Part shown: in pieces, positions 1 through 9,819 of the stretch
Position numbering within the stretch: the first letter of the stretch is position 1
Layout: each line of letters opens with the position of its first letter
Program-made: the position numbers and the translations under genes
Notes under the pieces: generated by a model
The model's database searches: none
What the model saw: only the letters and a program-made list of their open reading frames with translations
Told to the model about the DNA's origin: nothing
Source of the DNA: Toensbergia leucococca
Lineage: Eukaryota
Length of the DNA stretch: 34,268 bases
Direction of reading: 5' to 3'
NCBI GenBank assembly: GCA_022813965.1
Contig: JALDZS010000033.1
Location: forward strand, 124,001-158,268

Positions 1-105
1 TGAATTTGTTGCTTGAGATAGGTAGGCTATATGAATAATTGCAGGAGGGGGAGGGTGAGAACTGACTGGGCAGAGGAATCGTTGGATGAAGAGAAGATCC
101 TGTAG
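1..105 (+). CDS. Probable 3' end of a gene entering from the left edge (C-terminus ...NLLLEI|EESLDEEKIL*); product unknown
   Basis: Intron-like segment 22-73 (GTAGGC donor, ACTGAC branch, CAG acceptor, 52 nt) joins an open frame starting at position 3 to a TAG at 103-105. Too short to identify. Confidence 0.45.
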
Positions 106-755
106 AATGGTAATACCCCGGAATCAAGGACACTTGTGTCCTCCTCTCTGCACCTAGGGACTCACTCTCAGACATGATTACGCAAGCCAGCTCTGAAAGG
201 GGGCGGGCTTAAAAAAAGTAAACCAAGTACCAAAAGCCCCAAAAGCAATTCATTTTCAAACAAACCGTCATCTACTCTATCTGCCATTCCCTTCAGACCT
301 TCCTCGGAAAGCAAAAAAGAAACAATTGGGCGCATACACAAGACAAGGTCTAGACCCCATCGCTCACGAAAAAAAATGCCTTTTGAGCAAAAAGCTAAAA
401 CTGTGCGAGTTGAGTTAAGATGAGAATAAGAGCTATAAATTTTTTGCTAGAAATGACGCGTGGATAGGATAATCTTTAAACATGAAATCGTAATATGCGC
501 TGTCGCTGTCGCTGTGAGGAAAATGCCGCTCCATCGCTATGCTGCTAGATACATGCGTACTTGTAATTGAATCCATCATGTCGTCATGAAGTGTGAGAGG
601 TTTGTTGAGTTGTAGTAACGGGGATGCTGGTGGGTGAATATGCTATGATAACCTTCTACAGAATATAGGAATCATGCTTTTTATGATGATAGGCGCAGTC
701 GAGGAGCGGTGTAGCCGTGCGGTGGGACAGCATTACATCCTCGGCGTAAATTTTT

Positions 756-3700
756 CTAATCTTCGGTCGTTGCATCCAAGTCCGCGGTGTTGTCGAATGG
801 ATCAGTGACTTCTTCGCCAGTCGCATTTACGACAATTCGTCTGCCTCGCTTGTGTTCTGGGACACCGTCTCTAGAAGCACCAAAGTCAAGGACCTGCGAA
901 ACAATCATCAGCATGGGACCCTCTAATAGAAGTAAGACGCTCACTTCAATGTAAGTCAGATTGTTTCGTTGGACTGCAGCGACGCATCTCCGTTCATTGA
1001 ACTTGACCTGCCAAACCCCGCTCAAGTCCGTCAATAAGTCTTTGATAAATTCGCCGTTTTTAACATTCCACATCTTGAGCGTTCGATCGGACCCAGAGAT
1101 GACTTTTTGTCCGTCGTGCTGGAAGCAAGTAATCGCACCAGTGTGGGCACTCAACGTACTTTTGCAATGTCCAGTCTCTGGATCCCAAACACGAAGAGTC
1201 GAGTCGGCCGCTGCAGATACAAGGCGATCCTGCTGTAGATCAAGAAGACCTACCAAAGACGTATGGCCCTCCAGATTATAGAGCACCGAACCAGTATCAA
1301 GTGACCAAACTTTTACCAGATTGTCCATCGAGCCACTAATGCATCGATTGCGTTGATGGTCAAGCACTACACTATACACCTTTTGCGCATGTCCTTGTAG
1401 CCGATGTAGAGTTTCACCAGTAGAAATTTTCCAAACTCGTACACTACAGTCGTAGCTGCCGCTCACAAGCGTATCAGCGTGAGCAGCAATAGCACGCACC
1501 GAGTGGTGATGGCCGGTTAGTACACGAATGAAGTAAGGACAGTCCGTATCATCTTGTGGCGTTCCTGTGGCGAAGAAGGTCTTATCTTCGGGCTTCGGTA
1601 GCTTCCACACCCTGAGATTGGAATCACGAGAACCAGTAATGATGAGCGGCTGTTTCGGCATCATAATAACCCTCCCATCAGCTGTCTTGTCCACTGGAGT
1701 GGGCAAAAGTATTTGCAAGCACCTCACAGTGGAAGTATGCCCTTGGAATACTTGCGTACAGACTCCCTTCTCAATGTCCCAAACTCTGACCGATCGATCA
1801 GTGGAACCGGATACTAGCATGTTACCTTCGTATTGAAGTGCCCATACTCCTCCTTCATGACCCTCCAATCTAGAACGAAGAGCACCGGTTTGAGTATCGT
1901 AAACGTTGATGTTCGTATCATCGCTCCCAGTAAGAATCTTGTCTGTATCAAATTGCAAGCAAGTCACTACGTGGCGCTGATGGGCTCTGAAAGCGATATG
2001 GCGAGGCTTAATCTCGTCTTGCATCCAACTCTTGCGTATGAGATGGTGTCTCTGATAGATGGATTTGAAGAGATGGAGATTTTTGAGACTGGCAAGTCCA
2101 ACCTGTGGGTAGGGAATTGCAATGGCAGCTGCGTTGGCAGCAGCATAAGGTCCTTCTGCTGCAGATGCATTTTTCATCCAATCGTCTGACTTGAGTTGAG
2201 CCGCGTTACTCAGGTTTGCCTCCTTCTTTTTTTGCTGCTTTCGGCTTGCACTTTTGGTTTTGGAAACAGCTTTCCTTTTCGTACGTCTGTTCTGTGCGAT
2301 GGGTTTTTCACCGTCCGGCGTGCCGGTAGCGCTGTTCCCGGAAATTCCGCGACGCGCTGATTGCGACCATTCCATTTCAGGAGTTGTAGCACCAATAACA
2401 AAGAGATCTTTCTCCCAATCATCCAGCCGAGACGTATGCTGCCAGCCCCAGCCTTCTCGGATCGCTCGTTGCAACTCACCTTCTGGTAAGACGTAACCAT
2501 CACTATCAAATAGGTGCTTCCATGCCTTCTCATCCGAATTAATAACCCGTCTCCATTTCTTTGATACCTGCGCAGCAGAACAAAGGCTCTTCATGTCGAG
2601 AAAACCAACGACATTTAAGCAGAGCTCAAGAGGAAGAAGGCTAAGAAAGTCGCACTTCAATGCTGGGTCGACCACATTAGCAACAAAATGAAGCACTGGC
2701 TTTGGGCACCGGCGTAGAAATTGATACATGACGTAGGTCTTCATCTCCGCTGGCATTGCTTCAAAAGAATCGAGCATGCTTGGTATGTCCATTATAGAAG
2801 GAGCTTGAACCGGCTCGTCGATAAAGTCTACATCGGTTGGTCTCTGCATTGATAGTCTCGGGGAAGCACCATCTGGGGTATTTGGGAGGATGGTACCCGA
2901 GCATTTCGAGTCAGCATCCTCAAGAGTTTCCGAGTGTAGCGATTCGAAGCTTGCGTTGATATTCATATCCCCTAGACCTGGTTCTTCGAAATAGCCCATA
3001 CGACTCTGCAAGTTCGCGGCAGCAGTTACAGGTGAAAGGCTCGGACTTGGGAGGCTCATGTCGTGTGCGGCTGTAGTCTGGAGTATACTAGGTCTAGGTC
3101 TAGCTGTACCTTCCGTGACAGCAAATGGGGTTGAGTTGATACCTAGACCACCTCCCATTCGAGGGGGAGTTATCGCAGTGGCGGTATCCGTATGTAGCCA
3201 AGACATTTCATCTCCAGGATCAGCTTCGACGTGATCCCCATGATGCCCATGGTGGTCTTCAAGAAAAGATACGCCTCTACTTCCAGAGGGCTTCGGACTC
3301 AATGTCTGGGGCACGTCCGAATTATCATCAAGTCCGTAACCTGATAGATGAGACTGAACATGCTTTTCGATAGAACCCGTGTCCCGTTTTACCCTTGTGT
3401 TTATGTCGTGATTTGTGTGGCTGGTATCAACAGACGGAGTGATTGGAGTCGAAGTTTGACAGATCTGCAATCGTGATTGCGAAGAACTTGGGTTCATTTG
3501 GATAGAGCCAGTGGCGTGCGAAGCTCCTCCACTATAGCGCCGCCGTTTTTTGATACCCCCTCGCTGCCCGGCAAGTCTGGCAGCTTCAGAGATAGAGACT
3601 GGCGACGCAGGCCACTTTCTAGCATCTTGAGATCCACTTGGTGTCTGATCTTGCATGAGATTGGTAGACTTTTGTGTCCTTAATGCGCTTGATCTTGGCG

Positions 3701-4308
3701 TCTCGAAGTTTGACCTAGATGTCGCGACAGAGCATAAAGTACCACCAGCGTCTTGAAGAGCTGTGTGCTGTTTTTTTAGCTGAAAACCCGTAGTGCAAGA
3801 TTAGTCCGACAGATCTTGAAGTGTAAGATGGAAATTTATTATTGGATTGACATACATCATTTAAAGTAGCCGGAGCGTCATCTGCTTCACGAAAGAACGT
3901 TGGTCTGCCCCCAATATCAAAACAGAACCTCTTGATAGACTTTGGCGTCGGCGATGAGGCTAATGGGTATAGTTTGGAATCTAGATCGTTAAGGTAGTGG
4001 GGGGCTTTCATCACAAGTGGAGGAAAGCTAGTGGTGGTTGTGGTGGTTGTGGTAACGACGGTAGTTTGCGTAGCTGGAGCGAATGAGAGCTGCCCGAGCA
4101 TCTGATCTGATCGTGTGTCCGTTCCGACTGTCGATCGATGGCTAGTTTGGATTAGATTAGGCTCCCCTTGACTTTTCTCAGCTGGCATAGAGGATGGGAC
4201 AGCAGCCGCTAGGGTGGAAACGGAGTTCATTGATGGATTTGAGGGAGCCGTGACGGATGGCATGAGCTCTGATAATTCTCTCAAGCCTCGAACAGGAGGA
4301 TCCATCAT
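756..4308 (-). CDS. CDC4: SCF substrate receptor Cdc4 (dimerisation domain, F-box, WD40 repeats), about 1141 aa, 3 exons
   Basis: F-box DFLSLLPLELCLNVVGFLD preceded by a D-domain-like segment (TYVMYQFLRRC); WD40 repeats such as GHEGGVWAL and LVSGSTDRSVRVWD. Exons 4308-3856, 3779-945, 893-756. Introns 3855-3780 (GTATGT..ACTAAT..CAG) and 944-894 (GTGAGC..GCTGAT..CAG) keep the frame. The ATG at 4308 lies in an ACCATG context; the ORF-track start at 4389 is a GTG. Confidence 0.93.
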
Positions 4309-5831
4309 GGTATGAGTCGAGGAAGATGTGTTCAAGACACGAGGATGACACGAGGTCGAGCGCGTTCCCCAGGCGGAATTTTTATGCACAGATTGCGTAA
4401 CTCCGCTGTTCGGTCATGTTATAGCTTTGTGTTGTCTTGTTCTCACAACCAAAGGTTCACTGTGCTTGACAGTGTTGGTCCTGGCGAACAGAATGGAGTC
4501 GCATATAGACGATGAGTGAGTACGGATAAAGGTCGGATATTGCGGCTGGGATACTCTTGGTGGATAGCTGTACGTAGGGTGCCAAACAGCAAAACTAAAG
4601 AGGCCCGATGCACTGAGCTAGAAGGTGATGAGTAGTTGTGAGTCGTGTTACGGAGTAGAGAGTACCTTAGGAAAGATGGTGTTGTTGAACAGAGATGTCA
4701 TCTGGTGAGGGGCTGAAGCGGCGGGCAGCACCATGTTAGATCTAGAATAGCACCATAGGGTCTAGCCACGCGACGCCAAGCAAATCCCAACCCAACCACG
4801 AAGCTGTGAGGCTTTCTAGATAACTCCGCTGCTTTATTTTATATATTTTCAACTATCAACCTACCTAGATATAAACCTGATTTGCATACTGTTCGTTTGG
4901 CAGTTTCAAATGTAAGATTATTACCTTTCATCGCCACCTCAAATAAGCCACAGAAGCCATAAATCACTGTTGCTTCCGTCATGTTGTCATCGTCACACTG
5001 CGACACTTTGTTTGCCTTCAAAATTCTGTAATCGTAAGCACCTATTACCTACTGTTAATGAAAGTGAACAGAACAACAGGAAACCCATCTTGACACTAAA
5101 GTCCACTTTCTGCTAATTTACAATTGCTGATTTTGCCATCTTGGTCTTTTGATATTTGCAACGAATACCCGTATCCTAAGCTTCACAATCCCCTCATCTC
5201 AGAAGCGCGTCTAGATGCTTTAGGGAAACTGTCTTTGATTGAGGGTATTACTCCCATGCTATCCACCTAGTCCCTATGGTACTAGAATGGCTTGAATTTG
5301 ATGCATCAGCACTAAAAGCAACAGATTCTTTCTCTCCAAAGTCAAGGGAAATAGGCGAGTACAGTGATTTGAGACCTAGGCTTTCGCAGCTAGATTACAG
5401 TAAGCTGGCGCCGAAAGAGTCTTGGTGGATCGACCGTAGATGGAGATGGCGACCTAGCCGAATGACCACCTAGCTCTCGGAATATCAATTCGACAGACAT
5501 TCTCATACAAAGGCTAGCGAATGCTAAACATGCAGGGAGATCATTCTTGCATGTTACTGAATAAGGATGTCAGGTATCAGGTTACTGAAACATCTTCAAC
5601 TATCAGGAGAAGAGGATCTTCGAACGACTGTTTATAGTCTGGATGATGCTGAGGTATGCATCATCTTCAAAGCTTTTTTGACTGACACATCGTAGCTTGT
5701 CGTGCTCGCAGCACAATCTAGCATTCAGAGCCGGGCATGTATTTTCTGCTTCGAATGTATTAATAGTTCTTATTGTAGAGAAGCGTTAGTCATCCTCTGG
5801 CGACTTCAGATGTAGTTGGAAACGAGAAGAC

Positions 5832-5839
5832 TAGCCGCC
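5832..5839 (+). promoter_or_regulatory. URS1-like core motif TAGCCGCC about 440 bp upstream of the HOP1 start
   Basis: Exact match to the budding-yeast Ume6/URS1 core. A single 8-mer can arise by chance. Confidence 0.2.
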
Positions 5840-6278
5840 TGCAAGCTTGGAGAAATTCAACGTACAGAGGCTGCGTTTACGGCAATGTGGTAATTACCTA
5901 TATAGAATCTTGAAAAATAGTGTAAACCCAATAGAGCATTGGTGCACTTACCTAGATTGTATCTCCAAGGCGAAGCTCAAGCGGATTGCAAGACGCAGCC
6001 ATGGTCGCAGTACCTAGCACGTTGAGACAGTCATAAGAGATCTATACAATGGCCACCTCACTGTCATGCGGGGAAATTTATGTTCGGATGTGGCATGGAT
6101 TTGAACAAAATGAGGTCCGTCACACTCTCGTTAGCGAGTACCATCCGCGAGACATTTAGGGCTTCGGCTTGAAGAGCTTGGGTGTGTACTTCCATTGTCG
6201 ACAGAATTCGGAAACCTTAGGTATTCTGTTATACTTCATTCTTTGGCAAAAGCTTCGAACCAACAGATAGACAAAACA

Positions 6279-8765
6279 ATGGCCGTGCTACAAGCTACGA
6301 AGACTCGTAGCATCGCTGAAGCTTCAGGCACAGCTATCTCCAACTTCCAAGCCAGAAAGCAAGTCGAGGAGCAGGTGACGGAACAAGCAACAGCCACCAT
6401 GGCGACCTTGCAGACCACACAATCCCAGGCTATTGATCAGCACCAAAGCTTTGAAATGGTCCAGACTCTATTACTCTCATCCGTAAGCCTACTTCCAATT
6501 TCACTAGCAAAGCGAATCCGTGAGAGCTCACACTGATCATTAGATTGGCAACCTTCTTTGGATAAGGTGACTAGGCCTGCATCGCGTCTCGAAAACTTTG
6601 GTTCTGATGTCATTTAGGAATATTTTCCCAGAGCAATGTTTCCAACGCCGTGACTATAAGTCTGTTCTCAATGAGTTCAGAAGCGCGCAAAACGTCTCCG
6701 ATACGGAGTCAATTGGAAGCGATAAGTCATCAAGCCGTGGGAGGTCGTACCCTTTCATGGTGTTGACTCGTGGGAAGACCCGTGGAGCTGATGAATTACT
6801 GGACTTACTAGTATGTGGTTGCTGTTTCAGAAAATGTAAAACCGAGGAAATTGACATGCTTCACCTTAGAATGGAGTTTTTGAAGCTATATTCAAGAATA
6901 TCCTGGCTGCGCTTCAGCTATGCATTTTCGCAGACCAAGCAAACCCTGCAAACGTTCTTGAAACTTACACCTTCTCCTTCAAGTACTCAATTGGGGTGGG
7001 TACAGGATACCGCCGGCTTGCGGGGATGGTGTTCTCAGGATCTGATGGCCGGCCCATTACTATAAAAAGCGTTAATGCTGGACTGACAAACATTGTCCAT
7101 CAATTGATTGCTGTCACTACTCGAATGCCTGATCTTCCAGGTCAGTAGCTCGATTGTTCGTGGGGGTATTCACTAAGCAGCCTTACTCAAAGCTACCCGG
7201 TTTTTGAACTTTCAGCTCCTCTATACAAACGACTGTCCTCGAGGCTATTATCCTCGTGGCTTTTATCCAAGTAAAAGCGAAACAGTTCGTGCCCCTGACA
7301 ATGAATTGTGGCGGATGGAAGAAAGAAACCTTGGTTCAATGAATGCTGGATTTTACAAGTCTGTTACAACTCCTGCTTCAGCTCGGCAGAGAATCTAATG
7401 AATGTAGCGTCGGACTGAGGATGTCACATCTCGTCGCACATTCTACGGACGCAACAAACGAGGTGAGTGACATGGAAATTCCTCAGGTCTTGGAGTATGC
7501 AAGGATTATGGAAAGATTCAAAGCCACCGATCATGGGGCTGGTCGACGTTCGACTCAAGAACGCTCCGTAGTAAAAACACCAAGTGTCGAGGCAAGTACG
7601 AGAACTACAACTGAGCTGCCTCCACATAGCGTGATTGATGAAGATGGCCTCTCGCCCAGGAATTCAAAATGGGTGGTTTCAGGAAATAAGAGCCGATCCG
7701 AGCAGCTGTCCAGGAATAATCGACAGGTGAGAAACTCGGCATTTTGAGTCCTGTATGTTTGGACCAAGCCTGACAAACTTTATCGAAACAGTCACAACAT
7801 GCTTGCCAGGACGAGGACCTAGTCCAGACACAACTGTTGGATCCAGACTTTTCTCGAGGCGAAGATTTCCTAAGCTGGGTTCTTCTGAATGAGAAGCAGA
7901 AAGAGATGGTGGAAAAGAGACAGCAACGCCTGATAGGAGACCTAGATATAATTGATGCACATAAAGTCCAGTGCCAGTGCGGCTATAAGCAGGAGGAAGG
8001 CACCATGGTGAGCGTTATGTATCATAGAGAGCTCTCATATAACGGCTGACAAAATACTGAAAAGGTGCAGTGTAGTTGCTGCGATACATGGCAGCATCAC
8101 CATTGTTACGGCTTTGGCCTCAAGGGACCTGAAAAGCTGCATTTCTGCTACCATTGCCTTCTTTACGGTTCGGACCAGACCCGCTTAGACGAAATGAAGA
8201 GACTCGCTGAATTTCGGCGAACCCTTTGGATTGTGTACGATCAGGGATTCCCGCGCTCGCCTACTGCATTCTCCAAGATGCTGCGTCAGTCTTTAAAAGT
8301 CCGGCAATAAAGCGATTAGCTGATCTGCTATTAGTCTATGATCTTACGACGACCAAGCAGCTGATACAACGACTGAGAGACGAAGGATACTTATCCTCCT
8401 CGAAAGATTCTAAGCGACTCAAGCTTGTGGAATCTGACGAGCAAATGAGCACCAAAGAACGCATTTACTCAAATCCAATGACATTGATCTCACACCTAGT
8501 GAGTAACTTCTTCGACAATAGTCTAGCTGCGCCAACTGCTGACCACTTCCGATAGTACATACCTCCCAAGAATATACAAATACCTCTCTCGCAAGTTCAT
8601 CCAAGTCCGCGTTTGGGGGAAAAAGAAACGGGATCCGGCGTGGCAACATTGACTAGCAGTGAAGACGAAACCGACGAGCTGATCAATATTAGTGACGAGT
8701 CAGTGGTTAAGGCTCCTTCGAGATTTGTCGACCCACCAAAGATGTTGGGGAAGCGTAAAAGATAA
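6279..8765 (+). CDS. HOP1: Meiotic chromosome-axis HORMA protein Hop1 (HORMA, PHD finger, winged-helix-like region), about 661 aa, 10 exons
   Basis: The spliced product shows HORMA hallmarks IGNLLWIRNIFPEQCF, NGVFEAI, NVLETYTFSFKY and PDLPATRFLNFQLLY..CPRGYYPRGF, then a PHD finger (CQCG..MVQCSCCDTWQHHHCYGF..HFCYHC). Introns 6483-6543, 6567-6617, 6811-6869, 7141-7192, 7359-7407, 7727-7791, 8008-8064, 8285-8334 and 8499-8555 all restore the frame. The 3' end is the least certain part. Confidence 0.9.
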
Positions 8766-9819
8766 CGGAAGAAGGGCCTTCATTTTACTCCGGTCGCGCG
8801 CTTTTGCTATTAGCTCATGGCAATCGACAAGTAATATTCCACATTCTTCTGATACCCTAGTTGACTGTTCTCATCATAATTCATACACTGGCAGATTGTT
8901 GACTCCCTGGCTCTCGAACGACGTTTCGAGTTCCTCACGAAATGGACGACATTGGGCTTAATGAGCAGCCACCAAAACGAATGCTGCATTTAGTCACAAG
9001 TTGTTATGATACTCGAATCTCTCTTTGTATGAATCCCATGCGACGGTACAAAGCCCAATATGACGGCAATGATCCTGCATAATAAGTACGAGTACTCTAG
9101 AAGCCTCATTATCGATCCCATAATGGAAGCCACAACGCCTCGACGCCAGCCGAGCTTGGAGCCAGCTCGTTTTTGGAAGATTACCTATGGCCAGGCACGA
9201 AATTTCCTCGTCAATTTTTTGCTTGGCATTGAGGCTGTTCAAAGCGTTGACTGGCATATTCAAGATGCTCTGTGTTTCGGTAATCGCTGCGATATGAGAA
9301 TGTATTTCGTAGACATTGATGATAACGCTGCGACTAAGGTGGCACTGGCAGCCGCGTCAGGATAGAGGGAGTGTACGAGTACCTTCAGGGGTAGAATAGC
9401 TTCGCTAAAGCTTGAACTAGATAAAGTCAATTCTTCGGCTCCGGCTATGATCGTCATTAAAGGGTATCCTCGCTCCTCGATTAGGGGAGGGGACTTCCCT
9501 CGGATCTTCTATTGCACATGGGTCAAACCTATTGTCTACGATTGCTTGGCTTCCAAGATCTCTCTGGAAATGCAGCAGTCTCCTTTGCTGTGTCGATTGT
9601 AACCTTGTGGCATACGAATTTCTTGATCTGCGTCTCTACACCCGGCCGTCGCAACTCGCAATGATCAACAGCTTCACTCGACGACTAGCCCAGCAAAAGC
9701 CCTACCACGTGAGCAATTGAAGGCAACTTGGACAGATCCCTATATGCTTCGACACCAATTGTTTTCGATCCTGGTTGAACCTATATTGCCCTCAGACCAT
9801 AGTACTATTATTGCTTGCA

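Noticed and set aside
4751..4775. ACCATAGGG resembling the start of fungal 5S rRNA
   Set aside because: Similarity stops after about 9 nt and there are no internal A/C boxes.
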